Source: Alphaproteobacteria bacterium
Lineage (GTDB): Bacteria; Pseudomonadota; Alphaproteobacteria; SP197
DNA length: 64,000 nt
Assembly (NCBI GenBank): GCA_964291415.2
Contig: OZ219917.1
Span: forward strand, 576,001-640,000
Direction: 5' to 3'
In this document: piece after piece, positions 31,375 through 42,036 of the stretch
Position numbering within the stretch: the stretch's first letter is position 1
Layout: every line of letters starts with the position of its first letter
Program-made: the position numbers and the translations under genes
Notes under the pieces: generated by a model
Seen by the model: only the letters and a program-made list of their open reading frames with translations
Database searches by the model: none
What the model was told of the DNA's origin: nothing

Positions 31375-32301
31375 ATGTCCATCGCTTCGAGGCTCCTTGA
31401 CGGACCTCCCCTGGTGATGGATGGAGCAACAGGCTCGGAGCTCCAGCGTCGCGGCGTCTATCTCTCGTACGGGGTCAGCAGTCCCGGAGTGCTCGGTTCA
31501 TGGTCGGCAACGGCCATGCGGGATGCTCCCGGCACCGTGCGCGCCGTGCACGAGGACTATCTGCGCATCGGATGCGACATCATCACCACGAACAGCTTCT
31601 GGACGAACACCGTCAAGCTGGGACTGGTGGGCCTCGAGGACCACGCGGAGGCCTATACGCGCCTCGCCGGCGATATCGCCGTCGAGGCGCGGGACCGGCT
31701 GCAACCCGATGCCTGGGTCGCCGGCGGCATGGCGCCTCCCCATGGCGGCATGCCCGGGATTCCGGTCGACCGTGACGACCTGCCCCGGGAGTTCGCCATG
31801 CAGGCACGCCACCTTGCTGCCGCCGGTGTGGACCTGATCCTTGTCGAGTATGTCGGCTGGATCGAGGACTGCGTCAATGCCGTGGATGCGGTCAGCGCCG
31901 CCGGACTGCCGGTGATGCTGGGTCTGCGCCACGTGACCATGGACGGCACCATGCAGCACGGCGAGAGCTTCGCCGATCTCGTCGCGGAACTCGGCAACCG
32001 CGATGTCTGTGCGATCCTGCTCATGTGTTCGTTGCCGGAAGAGATCGATGCCTGTCTGCCCGGTTTGCTGGCGGCGTTCGACGGGCCGGTCGGGGCCTAT
32101 CCCAACATCGGGTACGAGTTTTCCGATGAGGACGTCGCCGCCGGTGGCCACTTCCACAGTCTCGATACCACCAGCTGCTCCCCCGAACGCCTCGCCGCCC
32201 ACGCACAACACTGGCTCGCCGCCGGCGCGCGCATCGTAGGCGGCTGCTGCGCCACCACGCCCGATCACATCCAGGCGATTCGCGATCTCGTTCCCCGGTG
32301 A
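31375..32301 (+). CDS. Homocysteine S-methyltransferase family protein
   Basis: MDGATGSEL, GCDIITTNSF, LMCS, GAYPN, VGGCC. Confidence 0.9.
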   Translation: MSIASRLLDGPPLVMDGATGSELQRRGVYLSYGVSSPGVLGSWSATAMRDAPGTVRAVHEDYLRIGCDIITTNSFWTNTVKLGLVGLEDHAEAYTRLAGDIAVEARDRLQPDAWVAGGMAPPHGGMPGIPVDRDDLPREFAMQARHLAAAGVDLILVEYVGWIEDCVNAVDAVSAAGLPVMLGLRHVTMDGTMQHGESFADLVAELGNRDVCAILLMCSLPEEIDACLPGLLAAFDGPVGAYPNIGYEFSDEDVAAGGHFHSLDTTSCSPERLAAHAQHWLAAGARIVGGCCATTPDHIQAIRDLVPR

Positions 32302-32324
32302 GGCGCGGCGCCGGACCCGGGGGA

Positions 32325-32957
32325 TCAGGTCGGCGCGAAGGGTTCGACGCCGTGGCGTTCGAGAAGTGCCGCCATGGCCGGACGCTCCTGAGTTCGGCGG
32401 ACGATGGCGCCGACGTGTTTCTCGCGGTCGATCATGGCATGACAGTCCCAGTGCATGGTGGCCTGGACGAGAAGAAGGATGTCGGCCGTCGAAAAGCGTT
32501 CCCCGACCAGCCATGTCTGGCCGGCCACGCTGGCATCGAGCTGCCGCCACAGGTCATCGGCATTGCGCCGCGCCGCCTCGCGCACGCCATCGATGCCGTC
32601 AGGTGCCGTTGTGTACCAGTCCGCGTGGTACTCGTTGGCGACCGTCGGGTGAACCACGGAGCCCAGCCAGACCATCCACTGGTACCACCATGCCCTTTCA
32701 TGGCTCCCCAACGGCGGGGCAAGGCCCGCCCCCTTGTGCCTGTCGGCAAGATGCATGGCGATGGCGGAGCCCTCGTAGATGACGAGGTTCCCGTCTACGA
32801 GCGTCGGAACCAGGCCGTCAGGGCGGAGTTCGAGGTACGCGGGATCCGTTGAGCGTCCATCGGGAAGCGTCACCGTCTCGAAAGGAACGCCGATCTCGTC
32901 GAGCGTGCCTTCGGGGACCATGGACATCGTGAAGGGTTTGCCATAGAGGCGGTACAT
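32325..32957 (-). CDS. Glutathione S-transferase
   Basis: PDGLVPTLVDG, YEGSAIAMHLAD, WLVGERFSTADI. Confidence 0.9.
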   Translation of the reverse strand: MYRLYGKPFTMSMVPEGTLDEIGVPFETVTLPDGRSTDPAYLELRPDGLVPTLVDGNLVIYEGSAIAMHLADRHKGAGLAPPLGSHERAWWYQWMVWLGSVVHPTVANEYHADWYTTAPDGIDGVREAARRNADDLWRQLDASVAGQTWLVGERFSTADILLLVQATMHWDCHAMIDREKHVGAIVRRTQERPAMAALLERHGVEPFAPT

Positions 32958-32992
32958 GTTCAGATCTCCTGTTCGTCTGGAGGAACCGGACA

Positions 32993-33883
32993 GTGCCGAT
33001 CATCGATGCCAATGGAACCGGGATCTACGTCGAATGTCACGGAGATCCCGAAGGACCGCCCATTCTGCTTGTCAGGGGGCTCGGATCGCAGATCATTCAC
33101 TGGCCTGACACGATGATCGGCTGTCTCGTGGACCACGGCATGCGCGTCATCGCGCCCGACAACCGCGACGCCGGACTGTCGCAGAAGTTCGATGACCTCG
33201 AGTCGATCACTGCGGATGAGGCCCTTCGCCGCGAGACCGAAGGCCTTCCCGTCGAGGCGCCCTACACGATCCGCGATTTCGTCGCCGATCATGTCGGTGT
33301 TCTTGATCATTTCGGCATTGCCCGGGCTCACGTCTTCGGCGTTTCCATGGGCGGCATGATCGTGCAGACCATGGCTGTCACATGTCCCGAGCGGGTCGTC
33401 ACCATGACCTCGGTCATGTCGTCGTCCGGCAATCCGGAACTCCCATCCATGGCGCCCGAGGTCCAGCGCCTGCTGCTCGAGTCCCCTGACGATCCCGATG
33501 ACCGTGACTCGGTCATTGCCTTCACGCTCGCCTGCGACCGTGTCTGGGGGAGTCCGGGGTATCCCTTCGACGAGAGTGAAAGAGCGGACCTCATCGGCCG
33601 GGCGTTCGACCGCTGCTACACGCCATCGGGGGTCCTGCGCCAGTATCTCGCCGTGCGCCAGGATGGCTCGCGAGTCGAGCGCCTGCGGACGATCGGCGTG
33701 CCCAGCCTGGTGATCCACGGCACCGACGACGCACTGCTGTCGATCGAACACGGGCGCGATACCGCGGCCAACATTCCCGGTTGCGTGCTCATCGAGATTC
33801 CCGGCATGGGCCATGATCTCGAAGGCGAACTCGGCCCGATGATCGCCGGGTTCACGGCGCATCACGCGCGGACGAGGGGATGA
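32993..33883 (+). CDS. Alpha/beta hydrolase
   Basis: DNRDAGLS, GVSMGG nucleophile motif, IHGTDD, GMGHD. Confidence 0.9.
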   Translation: MPIIDANGTGIYVECHGDPEGPPILLVRGLGSQIIHWPDTMIGCLVDHGMRVIAPDNRDAGLSQKFDDLESITADEALRRETEGLPVEAPYTIRDFVADHVGVLDHFGIARAHVFGVSMGGMIVQTMAVTCPERVVTMTSVMSSSGNPELPSMAPEVQRLLLESPDDPDDRDSVIAFTLACDRVWGSPGYPFDESERADLIGRAFDRCYTPSGVLRQYLAVRQDGSRVERLRTIGVPSLVIHGTDDALLSIEHGRDTAANIPGCVLIEIPGMGHDLEGELGPMIAGFTAHHARTRG

Positions 33884-33887
33884 GCAA

Positions 33888-34226
33888 TCAGGTGGTGCCC
33901 AGGTAGATCTCGACCCGCCTATTGGCAGCATCCTGCTCACTCTTGCGCGGTCGAGGGCGTTTAGCTGGATTGGTCATCATGCTGTCGAGTGCGTCCGCCG
34001 CCCAGTCGCCTAGGTCTTTGGGCAACGTCCGCCGCTCGCGCAGGTAGTGTTGGACCATCCGGTTAAGGGCGTCCCATGTGTCCCGGCTCGATTCCGACTC
34101 GGCGATCTTGTTGCGTAGCCAGGGGCCCTGTTGCCGTTCAGGGTCAGGTGATTCGTAGACTTGGCAGAACGGCTTCTGTCGCGCCTTCTCGTTGGCGACC
34201 AGCCGGTCGAATTCGGCCTCATCCAT
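33888..34226 (-). CDS. Hypothetical island protein, probably 3'-truncated
   Basis: Start overlaps the integrase stop; final codons (LGTT*) are encoded by the att repeat. Confidence 0.6.
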   Translation of the reverse strand: MDEAEFDRLVANEKARQKPFCQVYESPDPERQQGPWLRNKIAESESSRDTWDALNRMVQHYLRERRTLPKDLGDWAADALDSMMTNPAKRPRPRKSEQDAANRRVEIYLGTT

Positions 34227-35394
34227 AAAGCGTCACCACGTCAGCGCTCGCGCCAGTCACGTACCGGTCCCAAGTGTCCATAAGATCCCGCCGCCGCTCG
34301 AACAAATCGGATCGGAAGTAGGCCCCTTCCACACCAGAGACGGTATGAGCCAGAGCGGCCTCGGCAATCTCCCTTGCCTTGCCAGTGTCCGCACACCAGT
34401 CCCTGAACGATGACCGGAAGCCATGCACCACGCAGCGCTCTGCAAGGCCGGTGTCCCGAAGAACCTTGGTCAGGGACATATCGGAGAGCGGTGTATTGCG
34501 CTTGCGCGGTGAGGGGAACAAGAGGTTCGACTCGTCCTGCAGGACAGCCACGTCACGAAGGACCTCGATGACCGAATCGGACAGGGGAACACGATGCTCC
34601 ACACCGGCCTTCATGCGCTCGGCAGGGATGCGCCAGACACGCCCATCCATGTCGATCTCATCCCATGTCGCCAGACGCGCCTCGCCGGAACGGCAAGCGG
34701 TCAGCACGACGAAGCGCAAGCAGAGCTTTGCGGCCATGCTCGCCTTGGACGTCTGGATGGTGCGCAGTGCTGCCGCCACGTCCCTGAACGGCAGGGCACG
34801 GAAATGCGACTTGACCGCAGGCATCTTCGGCAACGCTCCGTCGATGGCCTCGCCAGCGACGTTGTGGTCGACGTAGCCATGAGCCTGGGCCCATTTCAGT
34901 GTGGCGCGGATGCGCTGTCGCAGCTTGCGGGCAATCTCCGGCTTCTCTGTCCAGATAGGCGTCAGAACCGCCAGCACGTCTTCCCGCCCTATCCGATCCA
35001 CAGGCATGTCACCCAGGCGCTTGAAGGCATGGCGCTCAAGCTGTTGCCACCAGTTCGCAGCTACCTTCGCACTACGCCATCGTGGGCGGTTGGCTTCGTA
35101 GGTCTTCTGCGCGGCCTGCCGGAACGTCGGCACCTTGGCCTTGTGTTTGTCGGCGAGCGGATCCCCACCGGATCTCACGAGTCTTCGGTTATCGAGTGCT
35201 GCATCGCGAGCCTCGGTCAGTGTGACAACAGGCCAGGGACCGAGTCCGATGTCGCACCGCTTCCCGTTGACGGTCAGGCGTTGCACCCAGCTCTTGGACC
35301 CACCGGCCGCGACATTCAGATACAGAGTCTCACCATCACCAAACATTCCCGGCGCATTCAGAGCCGTGATCTTCTTGATCGTGAGCTTTCCCAA
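34219..35394 (-). CDS. P4-like tyrosine integrase
   Basis: Arm-binding N-terminus (DGETLYLNV...GSKSW...GLGPWP), LTACRSGE, MKAGVEHRVPL, VHGFRSSFRDW, ALAH, GAYFRSD. Confidence 0.95.
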   Translation of the reverse strand: MGKLTIKKITALNAPGMFGDGETLYLNVAAGGSKSWVQRLTVNGKRCDIGLGPWPVVTLTEARDAALDNRRLVRSGGDPLADKHKAKVPTFRQAAQKTYEANRPRWRSAKVAANWWQQLERHAFKRLGDMPVDRIGREDVLAVLTPIWTEKPEIARKLRQRIRATLKWAQAHGYVDHNVAGEAIDGALPKMPAVKSHFRALPFRDVAAALRTIQTSKASMAAKLCLRFVVLTACRSGEARLATWDEIDMDGRVWRIPAERMKAGVEHRVPLSDSVIEVLRDVAVLQDESNLLFPSPRKRNTPLSDMSLTKVLRDTGLAERCVVHGFRSSFRDWCADTGKAREIAEAALAHTVSGVEGAYFRSDLFERRRDLMDTWDRYVTGASADVVTLYG

Positions 35395-35436
35395 TGTTCT
35401 TCCCCTCGTTTGTTTCCCAACGTTTTTCCCAACGTC
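35387..35436. repeat. Three 12-bp direct repeats, probable integrase arm-type sites
   Basis: tttcccaatgtt (35387), tttcccaacgtt (35413), tttcccaacgtc (35425). Confidence 0.65.
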
Positions 35437-35547
35437 AACGTGGGGAAAGTACAGGAAGACGCGGGGACATGCAATAACACCTTGCGTCGTATCACGATGT
35501 TATAACGTGATTTCCAATGTTTTCTGGGAAAGCAACGGATGTCGAGA

Positions 35548-35623
35548 TGGTGCCCAGGGGCGGAATCGAACCACCGACACCATGATTTTCAGTCATGTGC
35601 TCTACCAACTGAGCTACCTGGGC
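35548..35623 (-). tRNA. tRNA-Phe(GAA)
   Basis: GCCCAGGTAGCTCAGTTGGTAGAGCACATGACTGAAAATCATGGTGTCGGTGGTTCGATTCCGCCCCTGGGCACCA. Confidence 0.98.
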
Positions 35624-35667
35624 ACCTTCGGGGGCGCCTTCATAGAGAATTCACCGTGCCTTGTCCA

Positions 35668-35853
35668 TCACGTTCGCCCGTCTTCCTCGGGCGTTTCGGC
35701 GCCATCGGCGTCCGTCGGCTCGCCTTCAATCACGTAGGGCGGCGCAGTGCCGATCCAGTGCGCCAGATCCTTCATGCCGCAGCGCCGGGAGCAGAACGGT
35801 GCGTGGCGCGCGTTCGACGGCCTGGCGCACACGGGGCATCGCCGGTCCGTCAT
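35668..35853 (-). CDS. yacG: DNA gyrase inhibitor YacG
   Basis: CPVC...APFCSRRC..KDLAHW; between maf and tRNA-Phe. Confidence 0.9.
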   Translation of the reverse strand: MTDRRCPVCARPSNARHAPFCSRRCGMKDLAHWIGTAPPYVIEGEPTDADGAETPEEDGRT

Positions 35854-36440
35854 GGCCGTGGCGCCAGGCCGTGGCCGGCAAGCAGCCCCGCCGTCTCGTA
35901 GAGGCCGAGTCCGACGACATTGCTGTAGGAGCCGTTCAGCCGCCGCACGAAGGCCGCCGCCCTTCCCTGAATGGCGTAGGCTCCGGCCTTGCCATGCCAC
36001 TCGCCGCTGGCGATATAGGAATCGATTTCGTCACCCGACAGACGCTTGAAGGCGACGCGGGTGACGACAAGGCGCGAACGTGTGGCACCGGAAACGAGGA
36101 GACAGATTCCGCCGTAGACCATGTGACTGCGACCGGAAAGCCGCTCGAGACAGCCCCGTGCCTCGGCGGTGTCTGCCGGCTTGGGCAGGATCCGGCGGCC
36201 GCAGGCCACGACCGTATCGGCGGCGAGGATTGCGGTGCCAGGGCGGGAACGGGCGACCGAGAGAGCCTTCTCCCGGGAAAGGCGGATCGCCAGCTGCCGC
36301 GGCAGTTCACCCCTGCGCGGTGTTTCCGGGATATCGGCCGGTACCGTCTCGTCGGGAACCACGCCGATCTGAGCCAGGAGTTCCATGCGGCGCGGCGATG
36401 CCGAAGCCAGAATCAAGGTCATGTGAGGGCGCTTGGTCAT
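35850..36440 (-). CDS. maf: Maf-family nucleotide pyrophosphatase
   Basis: LILASASPRR, ILAADTVV, GKAGAYAIQG, GSYSNVVGL. Confidence 0.95.
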   Translation of the reverse strand: MTKRPHMTLILASASPRRMELLAQIGVVPDETVPADIPETPRRGELPRQLAIRLSREKALSVARSRPGTAILAADTVVACGRRILPKPADTAEARGCLERLSGRSHMVYGGICLLVSGATRSRLVVTRVAFKRLSGDEIDSYIASGEWHGKAGAYAIQGRAAAFVRRLNGSYSNVVGLGLYETAGLLAGHGLAPRP

Positions 36441-36453
36441 CGGTGTCACGTCT

Positions 36454-36906
36454 TCAGATGGCGGACAGCGAGGTCGAGGGAAAGCGCTCGCCGATACGCT
36501 GCCGTATGTGGTCCCGCACGCCCCGGAAGGCATCGAGGATCATGTCCCTGTTGCCCTCGATGGCAACGGGATCGAACGTCATCCAGTACTCCACGTCGAG
36601 TGCGGCATAGCGGGTGAGTTCGACGGCACGATGCTGCGCCTCGGGTGACATGGTGATCACCAGATCGAAACTCTCGGCGCCGTCATCGATGTCGTCGAAG
36701 GTCTTGGGCCGATGACCGGACATGTCGATGCCGATTTCCGCCATGACCTCGATCATGAAGGGATTGGCGTCTCCGGTCGGGCGCACGCCGACCGAATCGA
36801 TGAAGATGCTGTGACCATAGAGGCTTTTCATGAGTCCTTCGGCCATGGGAGACCGCACGGCATTGTAGTTGCATGCGAAGAGCACGGCACCCGGCGTATC
36901 GGCCAT
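36454..36906 (-). CDS. Low-molecular-weight phosphatase family protein
   Basis: VLFACNYNAVRSPMAE (CX5R). Confidence 0.9.
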   Translation of the reverse strand: MADTPGAVLFACNYNAVRSPMAEGLMKSLYGHSIFIDSVGVRPTGDANPFMIEVMAEIGIDMSGHRPKTFDDIDDGAESFDLVITMSPEAQHRAVELTRYAALDVEYWMTFDPVAIEGNRDMILDAFRGVRDHIRQRIGERFPSTSLSAI

Positions 36907-36910
36907 GCCG

Positions 36911-37402
36911 TCAGCTCCGGATGTGAAGGACGCAGAGCAGGGTAAAGAGCCGTCTCGATGTCTCCATGTCGATCGCCACGCGCTTGTCGAGAGTCTCGCG
37001 CAGCAGCGCCGCACCCTCGTCGTGGAGACTGCGACGCCCCATGTCGAGCGCCTCGATACGTGATGGAGGCGCGCTCTTGATTGCCTCGAAATAGCTTTCG
37101 CACACCGTGAAGTAGTCCTTCACGATCCGGCGAAAGGACTTGATCGGCATGGTGACTTCTCCAAGAGGCCGGTCCTCCTCGTCACCAATTCCGAACACCA
37201 GGCTGCGGCCGTCCCTGACCGCAAGGCACACGCGATAGGGTCCCGGTGGCAGACCCTCCGGTTCAAAGTGATTGGACTCCAGGAGATCGTAGATGGCCAC
37301 GGCCATCTCGTGTTCGACCTCGGCGCTGCGTCGCACCACCAGGCGGTCGTCGAGCCGGATGTCGCTGATCCGGAAACGGATGTCACCGTCCTCGGCCGTC
37401 AT
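36911..37402 (-). CDS. UPF0262 family protein
   Basis: EHEMAVAIYDLLESN, RIEALDMGRRSLHDEG, RRLFTLLCVLH. Confidence 0.92.
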   Translation of the reverse strand: MTAEDGDIRFRISDIRLDDRLVVRRSAEVEHEMAVAIYDLLESNHFEPEGLPPGPYRVCLAVRDGRSLVFGIGDEEDRPLGEVTMPIKSFRRIVKDYFTVCESYFEAIKSAPPSRIEALDMGRRSLHDEGAALLRETLDKRVAIDMETSRRLFTLLCVLHIRS

Positions 37403-37554
37403 GACCGCAACGGGGCGAAGGCCACCGGCGCCATCCGGGCTCCTGGCATGTCACGGTCATGCACCATCATGGCTCACACTACCGGCAGTTCCGCCGCTGG
37501 TTCAATCGGTCAGCCCGGCTTGAAAGTGCCGGAATGCCGCGCAATTGTGATGCC

Positions 37555-39237
37555 ATGTCGACAGCGGCAGACAACCTTTCCCATGTGGCGGGTGACACTC
37601 ACCCGCCGCTTCGGCATACGACCATTCCGGCCCTGCTGCACGAGACGGCATGGCGACATCCCTTGCGGGATGCTGTGGTTGTGCCTCACGACGGTCACCG
37701 ACTGACCTACGGCGATCTCGTCCGCGAGGTCGACGCCATCGCCACCGGCCTTCTTGATCTCGGCATCGTCCGGGGTGACCGCGTCGGCATCTGGTCACCG
37801 AACCGTCTCGAATGGGTGCTGACACAGTTCGCCACGGCCAGGATCGGCGCCGTTCTGGTCAACATCAACCCGGCCTACCGTCTCGCCGAACTGGAGTTCG
37901 CGCTCAACAAGGTGGCCTGCAAGGCCCTCGTCACGGCAAAGAGGTTCAAGTCATCCGACTACCTTGGCATGGTACGGACTCTCTCTCCCGAGGTGGCCCA
38001 CTGTCCGCCGGGCCGTCTGGTCTCCCGACGGCTGCCGCACCTTCGTTGCGTCATCGCCATGGGCGATGAGCCCGGTCCCGGATTCCTGAGGTTCAGCGAC
38101 GTTGCACGCTCGCCTGATACCGGACGCCTCGACGCCATCAAGGTCGAGCCCTGCGATGCCATCAACATCCAGTTCACCTCCGGCACCACGGGGACCCCGA
38201 AGGGAGCAACGCTGTCGCACCATAACATTGTCAACAATGCCCGCTTCGTGACGGACCGCATGAGGTTCTCGCAGGACGACAGGTTGTGCATACCCGTGCC
38301 GCTTTACCACTGCTTCGGCATGGTGATGGGAGTGCTTGGATGTGTCACCAAGGGCGCGGCGATGGTGTTTCCCGGCGAGGGTTTCGATGCGGTGCGGACA
38401 CTCGAGGCCGTGACGGAGGAACGCTGTACGGCACTCTACGGAGTGCCCACAATGTTCATCGCCATGCTCGATGAGCTCGCCGAAGGTTCGGCATGCGCCT
38501 TTGACCTGTCGGCCCTGCGTACCGGCATCATGGCCGGCGCGTCCTGTCCCATCGAGGTCATGCGTCGTGTCACGCACGAGATGAACATGCCGGAGATCAC
38601 GATCTGCTACGGCATGACCGAAACGTCTCCCGTCTCATTCCAGAGCCATGTTGACGATCCGCTTGCCAGGCGTGTGGCCACGGTCGGGCGAGTCCACCCG
38701 CACATCGAGGCGAAGGTTGTCGATCGCGATGGCGCGACCCTCACCCGGGGCGAGCAAGGCGAACTCCTGGTCAGGGGCTATGCGGTGATGAAGGGATACT
38801 GGGACGATGATGTCCGGACGCGCGAATCGATCGTCGACGGCTGGATGCACACCGGCGATCTCGCCACCCTCGACGACGAGGGATTCTGCGCCATCGTCGG
38901 GCGGGTCAAGGACATGATCATACGCGGCGGCGAGAACATCTATCCCCGCGAGATCGAGGAATTCCTGCACCGCCATCCGGGGATCAGCCAGGCCCAGGTG
39001 TTCGGCATTCCCGACACCCGCTACGGCGAGCAGGTCTGCGCCTGGGTGATTCCCGAACGGGACGCGGATCTTGAGGGAGCGGACGTGATCGAGTTCTGCA
39101 CCGGCCAGATCGCGCATTTCAAGGTGCCGCGCCACGTCCGCATCGTCGAGACCCTGCCGATGACCGTCACCGGCAAGCCGCAGAAGTTCGTCATGCGTGA
39201 CTGGATGATCGAGCACGGTTATGTGGACGCGGACTGA
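37555..39237 (+). CDS. AMP-binding acyl-CoA synthetase
   Basis: QFTSGTTGTPKG, YGMTETSP, HTGDL, GRVKDMIIRGGENIYP. Confidence 0.93.
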   Translation: MSTAADNLSHVAGDTHPPLRHTTIPALLHETAWRHPLRDAVVVPHDGHRLTYGDLVREVDAIATGLLDLGIVRGDRVGIWSPNRLEWVLTQFATARIGAVLVNINPAYRLAELEFALNKVACKALVTAKRFKSSDYLGMVRTLSPEVAHCPPGRLVSRRLPHLRCVIAMGDEPGPGFLRFSDVARSPDTGRLDAIKVEPCDAINIQFTSGTTGTPKGATLSHHNIVNNARFVTDRMRFSQDDRLCIPVPLYHCFGMVMGVLGCVTKGAAMVFPGEGFDAVRTLEAVTEERCTALYGVPTMFIAMLDELAEGSACAFDLSALRTGIMAGASCPIEVMRRVTHEMNMPEITICYGMTETSPVSFQSHVDDPLARRVATVGRVHPHIEAKVVDRDGATLTRGEQGELLVRGYAVMKGYWDDDVRTRESIVDGWMHTGDLATLDDEGFCAIVGRVKDMIIRGGENIYPREIEEFLHRHPGISQAQVFGIPDTRYGEQVCAWVIPERDADLEGADVIEFCTGQIAHFKVPRHVRIVETLPMTVTGKPQKFVMRDWMIEHGYVDAD

Positions 39238-39255
39238 CGGGGCGATGGAACGTCC

Positions 39256-40422
39256 ATGTACGAACCCGGACTGAATCTCGGCCTGCCCGATGATGTTGCG
39301 GCCCTCCGGGGCACCGTCGCACGCTTTGCCCGCGAGCGCGTCGCGCCCGATGCGGCGGCCTTTGACGGCGACGGGGGATTCCCCCGCGCCCTCTGGCGCG
39401 AGATGGGTGAGATGGGGCTGCTCGGAATCACCGTGGAGGAAGACTGGGGCGGTGCCGCCATGGGCTATCTCGCCCATGTCGTTGCCCTCGAGGAACTCTC
39501 CCGGGCCTCGGCATCCGTCGCGCTGTCCTACGGCGCCCACTCCAATCTCTGCGTCAACCAGATCCGGCGGCACGGCACACCGGAACAAAAGGAGCGCTAC
39601 CTGCCCGGCCTCGTCTCCGGAGACGCCGTCGGCGCCCTCGCGATGAGCGAGGCCGAGGCCGGATCCGATGTCGTCTCGATGCGCCTCGACGCCAGCAGGC
39701 GCAACGACGGATACGTTCTCAACGGCCACAAGATGTGGATCACCAACGGCCCCGATGCCGACTGTGTCGTCGTCTATGCGAAGACCGATCCCGAGGCCGG
39801 TTCGCGCGGCATCACCGCCTTCATCGTCGAGAGGGACTTCAGGGGTTTCTCCAGCGGGCCGCCGCTCGAGAAGCTCGGAATGCGGGGATCGAGAACCTCG
39901 GAACTCGTCTTCGATGACTGCCTGGTGCCTTTCGGCAACGTCCTCGGAGAGGAAAACGCGGGGATTGCCGTCCTCATGTCGGGACTTGACTACGAACGGA
40001 TCGTGCTGGCTGGCGGGCCTTTGGGAATCATGGCCGCGTGCCTCGACACCGTCGTCCCCTACGTTCACCAGAGACGGCAGTTCGACAGGCCGATCGGCAC
40101 GTTCCAGCTTGTTCAGGCAAAGCTCGCCGACATGCTGACGACCTCAAGCGCCTGCAGGGCCTACGTCTATGCCGTGGCAGCAGCTGCGGACCGTGGCGAA
40201 ACGAGCCGAGAGGATGCCGCCGGCTGCATACTCTATGCCTCGGAAAGGGCGACGGCCATGGCACTCGATGCAATCCAGCTTCTCGGCGGCAACGGCTACA
40301 TCGAGGAGTTTCCGGCGGCGCGGCTCCTGCGTGACGCCAAGCTCTACGAGATCGGCGCCGGAACGTCGGAGATCCGGCGCATGCTGATCGGTCGGGAACT
40401 CTTCGCCCGGACGGCGCCATGA
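39256..40422 (+). CDS. ivd: Isovaleryl-CoA dehydrogenase
   Basis: [44 protein letters not shown]. Confidence 0.94.
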   Translation: MYEPGLNLGLPDDVAALRGTVARFARERVAPDAAAFDGDGGFPRALWREMGEMGLLGITVEEDWGGAAMGYLAHVVALEELSRASASVALSYGAHSNLCVNQIRRHGTPEQKERYLPGLVSGDAVGALAMSEAEAGSDVVSMRLDASRRNDGYVLNGHKMWITNGPDADCVVVYAKTDPEAGSRGITAFIVERDFRGFSSGPPLEKLGMRGSRTSELVFDDCLVPFGNVLGEENAGIAVLMSGLDYERIVLAGGPLGIMAACLDTVVPYVHQRRQFDRPIGTFQLVQAKLADMLTTSSACRAYVYAVAAAADRGETSREDAAGCILYASERATAMALDAIQLLGGNGYIEEFPAARLLRDAKLYEIGAGTSEIRRMLIGRELFARTAP

Positions 40423-42026
40423 GTGTTCCAGGGTCTGCCGTTGATACCACCGGCGCGGACTATGGCCGCAACCGCGAGCGCATGCTGGGCCTGATCGACG
40501 AGACGGAACGCCACGCTGCGACCATCATGGAGGGCGGACCGGCGCGAGCGCGACGGCGTCATCTGGAGCGCGGCAAGCTGCTGCCCAGGGAGCGGGTCCG
40601 ACGCCTTCTCGATCCAGGGTCGCCCTTTCTCGAGATCGGTCTCTTTGCCGCCCACGGCCTCTACGATTCCGAGGTTCCGTCAGCCGGCATCATCACCGGC
40701 ATCGGCCTCGTCGAGGGCACGCAGTGCATGGTCATCTGCAACGATGCCACGGTCAAGGGCGGCACCTACTACCCGCTCACCGTCAAGAAGCACTTGAGAG
40801 CCCAGGAGATCGCCGGCGAGAACCGCCTGCCCTGTCTCTACCTGGTGGATTCCGGCGGCGCCAATCTGCCGAACCAGGACGAGGTCTTTCCGGACCGCGA
40901 TCACTTCGGACGGATCTTCTACAACCAGGCCAACATGTCGGCCGCCGGAATCCCGCAGATCGCCGTGGTCATGGGATCCTGCACGGCCGGCGGCGCCTAT
41001 GTTCCGGCGATGTCGGACGAGAGCATCATCGTCGCCGGTCAGGGAACGGTCTTTCTGGGCGGTCCGCCCCTGGTCAAGGCGGCAACCGGCGAGGATGTAT
41101 CCGCCGAGGAACTCGGTGGAGCCGACCTCCATACCCGCCGCTCCGGCGTGGTGGATCACCAGGCGGCCGACGACATCGAGGCTCTGGTGAGGGCGCGTGC
41201 CATTGTCGCTTCCCTCAACCGGCCGGCAAGCGACGGACCCGTCAGGCGAAATCCCGAGGCGCCGCTCCATGACCCGGAGGAGATACCCGGTCTCGTTCCC
41301 GGGGATCTGCGCCAGCCACTCGACATCCGTGCCGTCATTGCCCGCATCGTAGACCGGTCCAGGTTCGACGAGTTCAAGGCTCTCTACGGCACCACGCTGG
41401 TGTGCGGGTTTGCCCACATCGAGGGCATTCCCGTCGGCATCATCGCCAACAACGGGATCCTGTTCAGCGAATCCTCCCTCAAGGGCGCGCACTTCATCGA
41501 ACTGTGCGCCGGACGGCGGATCCCCATCGTCTTCCTGCAGAACATCACCGGGTTCATGGTGGGCAAGACCTACGAGGCCCGGGGAATCGCCAAGGACGGG
41601 GCCAAGCTCGTCACGGCCGTCGCCACCGCCGGCGTTCCGCGCATCACGATGATCATCGGAGGATCCTTCGGCGCCGGGAACTACGGCATGTGCGGGCGCG
41701 CCTTCTCGCCGCGGTTCCTGTGGATGTGGCCCAACGCGCGGATATCCGTGATGGGAGGCGAACAGGCGGCCAGCGTTCTTGGCACCGTGCGCCGCGATTC
41801 CATGACGCGGCGCGGCGAGGACTGGCCGGCGGAGGAGGAAGAAGCCTACAGGGCGACGATCGTCGAGCGCTTCGAAACCGAGGGCCACCCTCTCTACGCC
41901 AGCGCCCGCCTGTGGGACGACGGCATCATCGATCCCAGGAAGAGCCGCGACGTTCTTGCCCTGTCGCTTGCAGCGGCACTCAACGCGCCGATCGGCGAGA
42001 CCCGCTTCGGCCTCTTCCGAATGTAG
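40419..42026 (+). CDS. liuB: Methylcrotonyl-CoA carboxylase beta (carboxyltransferase)
   Basis: [37 protein letters not shown]. Confidence 0.93.
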   Translation: MSVPGSAVDTTGADYGRNRERMLGLIDETERHAATIMEGGPARARRRHLERGKLLPRERVRRLLDPGSPFLEIGLFAAHGLYDSEVPSAGIITGIGLVEGTQCMVICNDATVKGGTYYPLTVKKHLRAQEIAGENRLPCLYLVDSGGANLPNQDEVFPDRDHFGRIFYNQANMSAAGIPQIAVVMGSCTAGGAYVPAMSDESIIVAGQGTVFLGGPPLVKAATGEDVSAEELGGADLHTRRSGVVDHQAADDIEALVRARAIVASLNRPASDGPVRRNPEAPLHDPEEIPGLVPGDLRQPLDIRAVIARIVDRSRFDEFKALYGTTLVCGFAHIEGIPVGIIANNGILFSESSLKGAHFIELCAGRRIPIVFLQNITGFMVGKTYEARGIAKDGAKLVTAVATAGVPRITMIIGGSFGAGNYGMCGRAFSPRFLWMWPNARISVMGGEQAASVLGTVRRDSMTRRGEDWPAEEEEAYRATIVERFETEGHPLYASARLWDDGIIDPRKSRDVLALSLAAALNAPIGETRFGLFRM

Positions 42027-42036
42027 GGACCACGCG

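Larger units (their letters stand above)
33893..35558 (-). mobile_element. Integrase mini-island at the tRNA-Phe 3' end
   Basis: Bounded by direct repeat tggtgcccagg (33893-33903 and 35548-35558, the tRNA 3' end); contains an integrase and one small ORF. Confidence 0.8.
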
